From Eledone cirrhosa (Eukaryota), in the NCBI GenBank assembly GCA_964016885.1, contig OZ024742.1:26722001-26786000 (forward strand): a stretch of 64,000 bases of DNA, given 5' to 3'. The position numbers and the translations under genes are program-made. This document shows positions 14,020 through 27,939 of the stretch, one piece after another; within the stretch, counting starts at the first letter, position 1; every line of letters starts with the position of its first letter. The notes under the pieces were generated by a model, which worked only from the letters and a program-made list of their open reading frames with translations, was not told the origin of the DNA and searched no databases.

Positions 14020-15357
14020 TCGATAAGATAAGAGTATGTCTCCAGTTGGGACGTTAAATATAACTAACCAAGTGTATCTAGGCTAATAGATAAAGCGCCT
14101 TGATAAACACCACGACACCTAACAATTATGGGTATGAATATATACATGTGTGCTACCCTAACCCATACATGCAGCAATATATGCATACACACACACATAC
14201 ATGTATGAATATGTCATCATGTGTAAAGTTATCTAGTTCGTCTAACATATTTCCTTCTAATATTCTTTCTGTTTTGGCTGAATGCATGCATATACTTGGA
14301 ATCCTTTTATATTTGTTTGTGTATTTTGTGTGTTAGGTACATTATATTTTGCTTTGAATTTTTTTTTTTTACTGATTGATGTAGTCATACACACTTTGGG
14401 CATTATCAATTAAAAACAATTGGAAGAGAGAGAAGGAGTAAAACATGAAAAAATAATAAAAAATAAACTTTGAAAGTTCCTGATAAACTCTTGGGACATC
14501 TTAGAGAAACCCAAGTTAAAGACATGCTCTTTCGTTAATAATTGATATAATCGTGTAGTATTTTATTAACACTTGTACGTGGACAAAATCTTATCTTTGC
14601 CTGCAGCACTTTGACAAAGAAAATGCAGTTTTATCTAAATAATAATTAATCCAATAGTCTCTCTCGGAGTAGCAAAGATCTGTAAAAATAAATATTGATT
14701 TTCCTAGAATTTAAACTTCTATTCAAAATGCTATTGATGAGTCCGGAAGTAAAGAATTGCAGACATCACGCTCCTCAGAATGTTAAACAAAGAAGCACCA
14801 ACAGAATAAAGAAATAAAGAAATAAAATAAAATAAAATACGGTGAATTGAAAGCATTATGAAAATGCCTTGGCAAAAATTATTCTTTTCGAAATTCTTGC
14901 TTCACGACAAGGAAATCTATATCATGAACTGAAAGAGAATAATATATAGAGAGAAATTCTGATAGTGACGTGTGAGGGAGCGAGAGAGAGGGGAACAGAG
15001 AAAGAGAGAGAGAGGGCGAGAGATAGAGAGAGAGTGGGAGAGAAAGAAAGGGTTAGTGGGAAGAGCTGTAGAGAGAAATCTTGCTAGAAAGATAAATATT
15101 GTATGAGACTAAAAAGATTGAGAATTTATTAAGAGAGAAGAATGTTCTAAGAGAGGTGTTTTAACATTTTAAATTAGTAGTGATATAAATGTTTAAATGT
15201 TATTCTAGCGTTAATTTACGAGGTTATACTTGATATTTGAACAGCTGAAATTAACATCATGTTCACATTTATTTTTTTTTTCAGCCGTACCTATAAATTA
15301 TATACAATTCAAAATTCGAGAAGCAATACGAAACACGTTTGAAGTATGTATTGTTTT

Positions 15358-16210
<853 letters not shown>

Positions 16211-17342
16211 AATAAGCTTCTTCTTATTATGTAGAACATAATAAGAAGAAGCTTTATAAGTTTTTTAAAAGCTACAAACTTTCGATCACGATAGATAGAA
16301 ATGATAGAGCGGTTAACTTTTTAGATGTGACTTTGGACTTGGTCACTAATAGTTTTAAACCCTTCCATAAGCCTAATGAAATTCTTTCTTATGTTAGCCC
16401 CAATTCTAACCACCCTAAGTCTATGATAAAATTCTATAATTAAGGGCGTATCTAATAGGATTTCCACACTCTCTAAGGACATAGGAACGTTTAATGAACA
16501 TGCGGAGTACTACAATAATGCCCTAGCAAATTCAGGTCACTCTAGTAAAATACAATATAATAATAGAAACCTTAGAAAATCTCCGCTTACTCTTAACAAT
16601 AATAACACTATATCACATAACATGGCCATGAATGGGAGTATCAAATATAGTAACCGTAGAAATTATATAGGTGTATCTGAACCCATCCATAAGTTAACCC
16701 ACCGGACTCGTAATAGCAAATATAATACCTCTAGGAGACAAGTTGAACCCCCTGTGCGCTCACGCATTGGTGTTGGTTTTGCTGGATCTTATTCTAATAA
16801 TGTTGCTCCTACTGATCCTATCATTGGCCCTAATCCTCTTGAAGGGATTCCGGACAGCAGCAGATCTACTGGAGGTAGAAACTATAATAGACATAACGAA
16901 ATTATGGCTGATTCTATGAATGTGGCTTTAACTAATCCTGGTAGTAACCCTAGTCTCGATGGCGGGACATTTGATAAAGGTAGGGTCGGTAAGAATAAAA
17001 ATAGAAGGCGATTAAATACTTATTTCAACCCGCCATATAATCAGGATGTATCAACTAATATCCCTAGATCTTTCTTCCCTATCTTAGAGAAAAATGTCCC
17101 CCTTCTCATAAATACCATGGTATTTTTAATAAAAATGTTATTAAACTCTCATTCTCTACCACCCCTAATATTAGTTCTCACTTAGCTAGCACTAATAATA
17201 GGAAAATTAGGGATGGATTCTCCTCTCTACATACTACTAGTCTGCACGGACCTGACAATGCTTTACCACCAGAACAGTCCTTATCTCATAGAAATCCTAC
17301 GTGTAATACATCACCACTCGAGCCAACCAATAACACCCGGAA

Positions 17343-17795
17343 GTGAATTGTAGAGTGAGTGCTAACTGCCCTTTAAACGGTAACTGCCTTTCTAAGAACA
17401 TTGTCTACGCTTGCGAAGTTATAACTAATTCCTCTAATAGAACTTATATAGGATCTACTTCAAACACTTTTAAGACTAGGTTTAACTCTCATATCTCTAA
17501 CTTCAAACATGTTAGGTTTAAGAATTCTACTTCTTTAGCGCATTATATCTGGGATCTTAAGGGAGCTCATATACCATATAGCCTTAACTGGCGTTTAGTA
17601 GCACGCTCTAACCACCTTTCTACTCATACTAAGTTTTGTAATCTCTGTATCCTTGAGACACACTCTATAATTTTCTCTAGCGTATCCTTACTTAATAGAA
17701 AGTCTGAGATATTCTCTTCTTGCCCCCACGCCATTTCTAATTCTTACTTTTATTATAAACCCAAACGTTCTAGTAGTACAAATTGTACCCATTAG
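17343..17795 (+). pseudogene. GIY-YIG endonuclease domain of the Penelope-like element
   Basis: CPLNGNCL, IVYACEV..TYIGSTSNTFKTRFNSH, CNLCILE, LLNRKSE..CPH. Confidence 0.9.
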
Positions 17796-19685
17796 CAGAT
17801 ATATTCCATTACTTATTTTTTAGTTTAGGTTCATTTGTTTGCCAACATTATTGTTATCATCATTATTACCATTGGTTTTTGATGACTCTTCATTCTAGCT
17901 CTCATAATCATTTGGCTACTGTACCATATCTGTGTTTTCACTATTACACCTTGTTAATATATATAAGATTACACACTTTACGCCATTTACTTTATTTTAT
18001 TATTATCTTTATTTTTATTTTTATTATTAATTTTATTTTTAATTTTATTTTTAATTTTAATTTTATTCAGATTCATCTTTGGATACCCCCCCCCCCCTCC
18101 CACCCATGCGCACACAAACTTATTGTCAACCCCTCCAGATTGACTATGATTATATATTTAACCCCCCCTCTTTTACGCTCCGTTCTATATTTATTATAGT
18201 ATATCGACTATATTTTATGCCCCTTTGCACCCTCCATATATTTCTTCAATTCTGTTCCCATTAGCCTACCTTAATTCTACTTAAGTCAGTTTTTTAGATA
18301 TCGTTATGTATATGATAGTAAAAAATTTCATTCCTTTTTGTAAACATTTGTAACGAAACATTAAAGTTTATAAACTTTAATGACTTAAACTACAGCTAAT
18401 TTTATACTACCTTATTGGATAGTTTTAATGTTTTTAATATTAATTTATCAAATAGGGTTTTGAGTCAATTAAAGTGATTGTATTCCTTAGTTTTTTCCTA
18501 ACTACTTAACCGCATGTGAGAACTAAATGTGTATATATTTGTTTTTGTTTTGTAATTTCCGGTTGATTATATTTATTTATTTTATTCTATATTTTTAATA
18601 TTCTATTTACTATTCACTGTCTGGCTTTACTTACACATCCACATATGTCTGTCTACTAACCTTGTAATTATAAGTATTTATATATTATTTTATGTCAATT
18701 TATATTATATATTATATTATATTGTATTGTAATATTGATCCTTATTACTTACTGTTCATTATATGTAACATTATGATATTTAAACTTTATATATCATGTA
18801 AGATGTCTGTATTTTTGTAATATTGTAATATTGATCCTTATTACTTACTGTTCATTATATGTAACATTATGATATTTAGACTTTACATATCATGTAAAAT
18901 GTCTGTATATTTTTTTCTGTACCATCATAATTTTTTCTGTACCATCATAGTGTTTTTTGAGTATTGTATAATTTATTTTTCCTCATTTACTCTGTAACCC
19001 AGTATGAATCGATTTGTATATATTGTTTATTGTAAATGTTAGTACATTGTTAACATATTATCATTATATTATTATTGTGACATCTATATTCTTTGTGTAA
19101 ATTAACCGGGGATAATCTATTATATTATATTATATTGAATTATATAATTTTATTTTTTATTATTTATTATATGTGTCTCTTGTAATTATATCATATTATT
19201 GCCTCATGTATATTGGGTAGATGTATTGGTATTATTTTCACTCTTATCATGCTTATTTTTATATTCAAACTTCTAATAAGGCTTAATTTGTGTAGTTGAA
19301 CATAGATGTGCGTATTGTTGTATGTGTGTGTGTGTGTGTGTGCGCGCACATATATACATGTATATGTTGTACCTTTTGATTTTTAATTGTAATGTTAATG
19401 TTGGTAAAGGTATATTATTATAATGTATTATGTTATATTACATTGTGTTATATATAATTCCTGCTCTATATAACCACATTTGTTTAGCTTTAGGTTAGTT
19501 GCTTTGGACTATATTTGTAATATGGTTCTTAATGTTATATACATCCTTAGTTATTCTTATTATATATTTTTATTATTTTTATTTTTATTTTTATTATATA
19601 TGTTTGCAAGACTTTAGTGTATGTACACTCCATATTCTTCAGAGCTTCCGGCTTGTATCTGCCGATATTACTTCTTGTTGTTTTG

Positions 19686-19730
19686 ATTGCCCTGATGAGT
19701 TCTTAATAGGACGAAACATTGTCGGCTAAT
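19686..19730 (+). ncRNA. Minimal type I hammerhead ribozyme (PLE-associated)
   Basis: Stem I GCC/GGC; core CUGAUGA at 19692-19698; stem II GUUCU-UAAU-AGGAC; GAAA; short stem III C-AUU-G; GUC cleavage triplet ending at 19723. Confidence 0.8.
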
Positions 19731-19781
19731 AAAAACTTTTGATGTATTAAAGGATTCTTTGTTTTACTCTCTTAATATCTA

Positions 19782-19868
<87 letters not shown>

Positions 19869-19882
19869 ATATATATATATGT

Positions 19883-19970
<88 letters not shown>

Positions 19971-19974
19971 CCTA

Positions 19975-20582
19975 GTATTTCGTAGGTTTGTTGCCGAATG
20001 CTGCTTAACTGTAATGAAAATCAATGCTGCGAAAACTGAGACACTCAACCTGACAGAGCGGATTGCGCAATGCACTCTACATTTAAATGACGTTCCACTG
20101 AAGCAGATGGAGAAGTCCTAGTATCTCGAGTTTGTGTTCATCAGTGATGGAAGACAGAAGGCTGAATGAAGTGTAAGTATTGCAGGAGTTGGTGCAGTAA
20201 TGCGCCAGCTTCAGCATTCGCTAATCAGAAGGAAAGTAGGTGTAAAAGGCAAGGTCGCTCTCTTCAATTCAGTATTCGTGCCAACCCTTACCTATAGTCA
20301 TGAATCTTGGGTAATGCCAGAAAGAATACGATCGCGAATACAAGTGGCCGAAATGAGGTCGTCCGAAGGGTCTTCGGGGTAACATTACTCAATAGAGTAC
20401 GTAGCTCAGAGATCAGAGCGTCACTACAGGTAGAGTCGCTACTTTTTCCTAATTGAGAGACCAGAGCTCCAGTACGATGGTCATGAGGTTAGAATGTCTC
20501 AGGAAAGAATAGGTGGACAGACTCTACCGACAAAAACAAGTAGGAGACCCATGGGTAAATTCCGAGCAAGATGGTTGGATAC
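19975..20582 (+). mobile_element. Degenerate RTE-type LINE RT/thumb fragment
   Basis: [36 protein letters not shown], with stops and frameshifts. Confidence 0.8.
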
Positions 20583-21371
20583 TGCACTCATTTCCTCAAT
20601 CTTTCCCTGTCCATCGCCCAATCTCCATTTCCCTTAATTAGTATCAATGGTGTATGTGTGGATATACTTTTTAGTTATTATTGGTAGTGAAAAATCTCTA
20701 TGGTTTACCGTCCTTGTTGTACTGTAATATATAGTATATGTAGTGCTGGTTGGATAGCATTCATGAGCTCGGCTTGTCTCGCTTGGGGACCCAGCCAGAT
20801 TATTTGGAGTCCGTTGTCACTGACTAAGCCCTCTCGAACGAGTGTTTGATGACTCTGCCTCCTAGACCCTTCCAGGAAGAAGAAGAAGAAAATAGAAAAA
20901 AAAACGAAAAAGAAAAGGAATAAAAAAAACACAAATGAAAAATAAGAAGAACGAAAATGAACGAAGATAAAGTGAAAAAAAAGATGAAAAAAGAAACAAC
21001 GAAGAAGAAGAAGAAGAAGAAGAAGAGATAAATTCCTGGATGGATGAGAAGTGTTGCAAAATACTGTAGCAATTTATCCCCCCTTACGCCTATGTTTCTT
21101 TTTTTTTTATCAGCAATGTGATATTTAAATTATTCCATTGTTATTCATAAAATGAAGTAAAATATTTACAAATACAGGAGTACTCTATGTAATTCCATGC
21201 ATTATTTATCAATATTTCCCTCGTTGGTATTATTTTGAGAGGAAAAAATATCACAGACGATTTAATAGCTTTAGCCTTAAATAATTCACATTATTTTTTC
21301 TTCCTTTTCAACTCAAGATTTCTGGCGTTATAGACATAAACCTACATTATATAAAGTATGTAAGGGTGGTG

Positions 21372-21550
21372 GATTGGCAGTATCGGTGGAGGTCGGATGC
21401 CATGCTTTGATGCATAGAGTTACGGCCCTTGCCATTCTGAGTTCAAATCCCGCCGAGGTTAACTTTGTGTTTCATCCTTACATGGTCGATAAAATAAAGA
21501 ACCAGTAAGACACTGGGTAATTGCTGGCCTTGTGCCAAAAGTAGAAACAA
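21372..21550 (+). mobile_element. tRNA-derived SINE with TSD
   Basis: Family homology; TSD attatataaagta at 21346-21358 and 21550-21562. Confidence 0.9.
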
Positions 21551-22151
21551 TTATATAAAGTAAGTACTTCAAAAATCGACCAATATTTTGTGACGTTTTG
21601 ATATAGACTCGTAACTCCTGATAAAGTCATTGGGGCGCTATACTCAAATACAGCACTTCTTCGTGATTTTAAGCCTGGCCGAGCTCATCCTCTCTAGCTC
21701 TGAAAACAGGAAATTTCTTTCAAAGATGGATTGAGAAGGCGAGATAAAGAGATATAAAGAAAGAATTAACTTCATTAATGGACGGGTACATTTTTTATCG
21801 ACCTCGAAATGATGAAAGTTAAAGTTGACATCGGCATGATTTGAATTCAGCGAGATGAGAGCAGAAACGAATACTGCAAATCCTTCTATCTGACATACTA
21901 ACGACTTTGTTAATTCACCGAGAGAAAGAGAGAGATGGAATCTGTGTTAAAATAGATATTACATACTCATATTCATTGGATAGTAGGGAGTTGTTATCCG
22001 GTGATAACAACAACAGCCGGCAGTAGTGTGGCATCATCAGATGTTATCACTATGTAATGGAGTTGATATGCCACAAGCAAGCGATTCCATATTTCTGAAA
22101 CGAAATAGATAGATAGATAGATAAACAGACGATAGATAGATAGATCGATAA

Positions 22152-22195
<44 letters not shown>

Positions 22196-22269
22196 TGATT
22201 AATGTTCAGAGCCATCCTCAGCATTCTCGTGTAGCAACCATCCAAACAGCACAAATTTGTGCTGTTAAT

Positions 22270-22725
22270 GATGGAAATGTGTATTGATGTATATGTATAT
22301 GTGCGTACGTGTGCGTATATATATATATACATATGTATATTGTGCCTTTTAATTTTAATTTTAATTTTAATTTTTATATTGTTACAAGTATATTATATTA
22401 TATTATATTGTATTACATGTAGTACTATAATTCCCGCTCTATATAACCACCTTTGTTTAGCTCTAGTTTTTTGCTTTGGACTATATTTGTAGTATGGTTC
22501 AAAATGTTATCCACCTCATTAGTGATTTTTATTATATATTTTTACCCATAATCTTCCAATACTTTAGTGTATGTACACTCCATATTCTTCGGAGTTTTCG
22601 GCTTGTATTGGCCGATAGTGCTTCTTGTGGTTTTGATTACCCTGGTGAGTCCTTAATAGGACGAAACATTGTTGGCTAATAAAGACTTTTGATGTATTGA
22701 AGGCTTCTTTGTTTTATTTTCATAA
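22270..22725 (+). mobile_element. Solo PLE 3'/pseudo-LTR fragment with mutated hammerhead
   Basis: Homologous to 19300-19775; core reads CTGGTGA-GTCCT-TAAT-AGGAC-GAAAC-ATT-GTT. Confidence 0.85.
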
Positions 22726-22878
22726 TTCTTCGGCTCTGTTTAATTACATTGAGCTATACCTTTTGCTGTCATTTCTATAATACGAAGAGGGTGTTTAACT
22801 CCAACACGCTCCAGTATATTAATCCTTATATATATATATATATACTTATATATATATATATATACATATATACATATG

Positions 22879-23301
22879 TTTCTTTATTAGACACAAGGGC
22901 ACAAAAGAAGGGGACAAATACAAAGGGGGAAGTTTACATACAATAAAAACGTGTAAAATATTATCACAAATGCAATTTAAAAATTATAGATATATAGATA
23001 GATAGATATATTTCTTTATTAGCCACAGGGGCACAAAAGAAGGGGACAAATACAAAGGGGGAAGTTTACATACAATAAAAACGTGTAAAATGTTATCACA
23101 GATGGAATTTAAAAGTTAGTCGATTTTCCCCAATAGAGGGAGACAGTTTATATGGGTAACACATACCCCCGAAAAAAATGTGCAACCCTCATCTCCAGGA
23201 GTACGAAGAGCTTGTACTCCTTTCCTCTCCTCCTCCTTTTCCTCAACCTACAGGCTGATATAGAGAGAAGGCCCATTCACTCGGGCCATTCTCGCCACTT
23301 T

Positions 23302-23302
<1 letters not shown>
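22879..23302 (-). mobile_element. Two head-to-tail 5'-truncated 3' ends of a Tx1-like LINE in (GATA)n
   Basis: Minus strand of 23011-23302 encodes ARMARVNGPSLYISL* (cf. ARMARVNGPTLSIYL* of ORF2 at 44462) and ends cctgtggctaataaagaaa; 22879-22983 repeats the last ~105 bp. Confidence 0.85.
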
Positions 23303-23339
<37 letters not shown>

Positions 23340-23353
23340 TACATTGATTGATT

Positions 23354-23388
<35 letters not shown>

Positions 23389-23408
23389 GAACAGACAAAT
23401 AAATAGAC

Positions 23409-23468
<60 letters not shown>

Positions 23469-23702
23469 GACGTCATTGCGTGCGTTTGTACATATGTATG
23501 CAACATCCCAGACTGAACAAAATAAAATAAAAAACAATATGTCGGTAGAAAGTGTAAAGCCGTGGTAGATGTAAAGTAAGACGAATATTAGCCACATAAT
23601 ATCTGTAATACATTGCAGTGGTTATCGGTAATAATTGCATGTATCTTATACAGATGAGACGAATTTAATTTCCGGTTTCGCTATCAATTCACTTATATAT
23701 AT

Positions 23703-23734
<32 letters not shown>

Positions 23735-23901
23735 TAGAGAAGGGGAGAGAAAGAGAGAGAGAAAGAGATTCGTGTAGGTTATATATATCTATATATCTAT
23801 ATATACACATACATTCACATAGATATATCTAGGTACATGTATGTATCAGTATATATATATATATACATCCACACAGATATATCTATGTACATATATATAT
23901 A

Positions 23902-23962
<61 letters not shown>

Positions 23963-23984
23963 ATGTGTGTGACTATGTATGTAA

Positions 23985-24041
<57 letters not shown>

Positions 24042-24042
24042 G

Positions 24043-24089
<47 letters not shown>

Positions 24090-24391
24090 GCTGTGTGTGT
24101 GTATGTTGATATGTTTATAAGTAGTGATTCATTACTTTTCAGTGTTATGTTTTTATCATGGAGAAACACAGATATCAGCATATTTCAACAGATACAATCA
24201 AATGGTAGACGGATAGCAACACAAATGAAATATATACCATTACAGGAGATTGTAGTAGACAGCCCAATCTGATGGCAAATCTGCTCAGATACATCTTAAA
24301 TAAAGAGTAAATTAAATAGGATATATTGCACATGTTCGGTTACACACACACAAATATATATAAACGTATGTATACACACGTATCTATCTAT

Positions 24392-24750
24392 CTAGGGCGG
24401 GTAAAATTCCCGAGATCCATTGACGAGCTCTCTCCAGCGGTCTCTGTCTCTCATTATCGCTGCCATGTCCTGCGTCTCCAAGAGATCAGTGTCTGTCCTT
24501 AGGGCATCAACATATTTTAACTTCGGTCTTTCTCTTCTAGTGTGTCCATGCAGGGGCTCCCATGGGAGTACTAGGTGCATAGTCAACTCTGGATGTCGGT
24601 GAGCATGTCCAGCTAACCTCAGTCTCCTCTGTGTCACTTTTGAGCAGACTTTTGGGAGGCTCCCGTACATTTCTGAGTTTTTCATCCTCAGTGTATACTA
24701 ATTAATGTTCAGAGCCATCCTCAGCATTCCCATGTAGCACCCATCCACCA
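24392..24750 (-). mobile_element. RTE-type LINE 3' fragment
   Basis: DGCYMGMLRMALNI, RRLRLAGHAHRHPE, RPKLKYVD, DRDRWR; related pieces at 22196-22270 (-) and 31784-31968 (+). Confidence 0.85.
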
Positions 24751-24785
24751 TCTGAATGCATACATTACATACATACAAAGATGTA

Positions 24786-26000
24786 TTGAGTCGAACAGAA
24801 AGTTCCTGCCGTTCACAAAAGTATGTATTTGGTAGAGTTTTCTGAAAATGTTGAAGGCTGGGCTTGCTCACATATACAAGAAGTGTTAGAGGTATGCACT
24901 ATGTGCATTTCTCATTTTCTGTAATGTCTTCAAAGGGAAAAGAATAAGAGTCTATCTAACCGGATCATTTATTCGTGGCTGTTTTCGTTATGACTTCAAA
25001 TCTGGCCAAAGCGCAACAGCATCGAGTCGTCACATTATCAATGCATTTGGATCACGCACTATGTCTGAACGATGTGCTAGGTTCTGGTTCGCATACTTCC
25101 ATTTCCGCGATTACTTTCTTGAATGTCCACCTCGCGTATGACGTCCAACCAAATTCATTGAGGAGCTGCTGAATGAGCTGGTGTAAGCCGACCCACACCA
25201 GACATAACGGCACCGCTCCGAGGTGTTTGCATCAGCAAAAAGAACCTTTCTCAGTCTCCTGCATGCAAGCTAAACCAATGGGTACCCTACAATTCCACTG
25301 ATGGTAATCATGAATATGAGCTGGCAGCTGCGATTTCTCGGCTCTCCTAACATCACATAATCAACTGGTTATGTTCTATTGTCACTCGTGTTCAAAAATG
25401 ATCCCTTTACATTAATCTGAAGCAAAGATGATCCTAGGTTGATATAGAGAGTGTGCCGTAACAGCGTGCAATGTCTGGTCTCCATCCTCGCAAGGCCCAA
25501 CTGGGTGTCATGTGGGTCTCTACAAGTGTTTTCCACTACTATGTCTTCCTACCAAACCGAACACCGGCATGAGCTTTGCCGGTAATTGCCAACACGTTGA
25601 CTGATTAGCGGCGAAAATAACACAGATACGCCGATAATATATACCTGTTCGTTTCCTTCTTGAAAGATGCTCGGCTGCATGCCGAGGAAAGGATGTGAGA
25701 TGCTGCTGAAGCTAGGTGGAAGGTTGCCCCACCCGCCATAGAGATTATAACATGTTTCTATCAATGAGGAACGCAATACAGTGAAAGACCTTCACCAATG
25801 AAAACTGCTTAAAGCAGTGTCTGATGGAATTCTTTGATTCGAAGTCCTAAGAATTCTGCAGCGTCGAAATCAAGTGCCTTCCTAAACAATGGCAGAGGGT
25901 AATCTCAAATGATGCCGATTACTTTGACTTGTAAAATCCTCCTGGTGTATATAAAAAAAATATATAAGTGCCAAAGTAAATAAATGTTTGAAAAACGGTG
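24786..26000 (+). mobile_element. Degenerate mariner (Tc1/mariner) DNA transposon
   Basis: TA followed by a TIR-like ttgagtcgaacagaaagttcc; decayed transposase IRGCFRYDFKSGQSATASSRHIINAFG, WVPY, LPHPP, FFDSKS..LPKQWQRVISNDADYFD; right TIR not intact. Confidence 0.85.
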
Positions 26001-27939
26001 TCACATTCTGTCCAACTTTCACCGATAATATTTTGGAAAGAGTTTTAAATGTAACTGTTAGACAATTAATAGAGGGGATATTCTTTAGCATTCTCTCTGG
26101 AATCAATTTTGCCTTAGCGGTAAGGAACTTGTTGATCCGGATTGTTTATGTGTGCCTTTAACATGTTCATTATATAGTTGTATAGTATTTCAAACAACGA
26201 CTACCAAATGTTTTGAATGTTGTAGTATATGTCAGGTGATTTCCACTTGCTGACTTTGTTAAAACAAACCTCGAGTAGTCTATTGTGATTTTTTATATTG
26301 GAGCTGGAGTTCGATTTCTATGGCTACTACACACTATTATAGTAAACTGTGGGTTTGTTATACTTTGGTTTCCAAAATGTTCCTGATATTTATTTAGTGG
26401 TTTCCTTATCAAGTACTATACTCTTTGATGTTAGCATATATCATTTTATAGTATTTTTGAGCGTTATTTTAAAACACGTAGCTTTGGGTAAAAGATTTTC
26501 TCTAATGCTCTACCAATTTAATCTATTATTTAAGGCTTACATTTTTTAGTGGTTCAAGCATTCGTATTTATTTGCTATTCGTCTTTTATGTAATCATCAT
26601 ACATTACGTATTTATATACATTTTCCTAGTATGATTATCCAAAGCTAGTCATGTAATTATACTTGTTTCACTGCCTAGAATATCTATTCAATATTTTAAT
26701 TTATTCTTCAAACGTTCTGTTTTATGCTGGTATTCTGTCTTTTATAACGGCACATTATTTATTTAATCCCGCATAATCCATTGTTGAGTTTATGCAAGCG
26801 TATAGGAAATGGTTTAAATGGGTAATTGAATTGGGTATCATAATGTTGTGGTTTATTACATTCCTTTCTATATTGCTGACAGCGTCTCATAATGTTATGA
26901 TTAGTTTCTTTATAAAAGGGTCTCTTTAAATCTATGGGAGACACGTCAACATCTAATACCAACTTTAACAAACAAACTGCTGCTAAATATATGTTTCAGT
27001 TTGAAGTTCAGATACTAAGCTATTCTGGAAGAAATGACAGTATAGCGGATTCATTACATATGCTCACAAAGAACAGTTAGAAGGTGGTTGTGTCGAAAGA
27101 TGTGGTTTCCATTACTCAGGGGACGTTATACGTGACTGTGTAGGTAAATCTCAGAACCAACAGCGATAAGAAGCAATGACCCGGCTTTCTGCACAACATA
27201 ACTGCCAACAGATGGGGCGGTTAATACATGGGTTGCATCCAGGGTTATTGTTGGTGATGTCCCATTTCTCCTCCTTATATTTGCTTCACGTGGGACATGT
27301 TTGTTATGAAAATAGTTAATAAAAGAACCATATAATTGAGCGAATTGGAGCTGAACATTTATGTCATAACGGTTCCCCGAGGCCCACAATGTTACACGGA
27401 ATATCTACCATTTGGGCGTTGTGGGGAGAAAGAGGATTAGATAATAAATAAATAAATGCATACACGCAAACAAATGCGTACGTACACAAGCATACGCAGA
27501 ACACCTACCATCGGTATTCAAAACCACGCACATATAAATATGTGTGTGTGTGTATGCGTGTATACAAATAAATAAATAATTATATAAACGTATATAAATA
27601 AATAAATACGTATATAACAAGCGAACACACATACCTACATGTAAATACACGAATGTTCGGATACATAAGTCAACCAAAACATGAAGTACACATATACACA
27701 CACCCTACATACGTACGAACCTGCATACTCACGCGGACGCAAAACTCCCGTATACACATAGCCAAACCATATGTACCAGAATATATAAAATTATACGCCA
27801 TAACATAAACAATCAAATATACGTACGAGAAAAATATACATACGGGTAAAATATACTTACCTATGCAAATAAGTAATGGTATAAACAAAGCATACTTAGC
27901 TTCCACATCAAGACGTAAAATATCCACGTATAAATCGTA

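Larger units (their letters stand above)
16214..19775 (+). mobile_element. 5'-truncated Penelope-like element (RT C-terminus, linker, GIY-YIG, ~2-kb AT-rich 3' region with hammerhead), flanked by (TA)n
   Basis: Translation VNFLDVTLDL..FKPFHKPN..YV..NSNHP, YYNNALANSG, YFNPPY, then the endonuclease; frameshifts near 16435 and 17100; hammerhead and AATAAA at the 3' end. Confidence 0.88.

Noticed and set aside
18730-18910. ~95-bp tandem duplication in the PLE 3' region
   Set aside because: Ordinary slippage or duplication in an AT-rich UTR.
27126-27389. 87-aa ORF as a possible host exon
   Set aside because: No recognisable motif or clear splice context; it adjoins a PLE 3' region.
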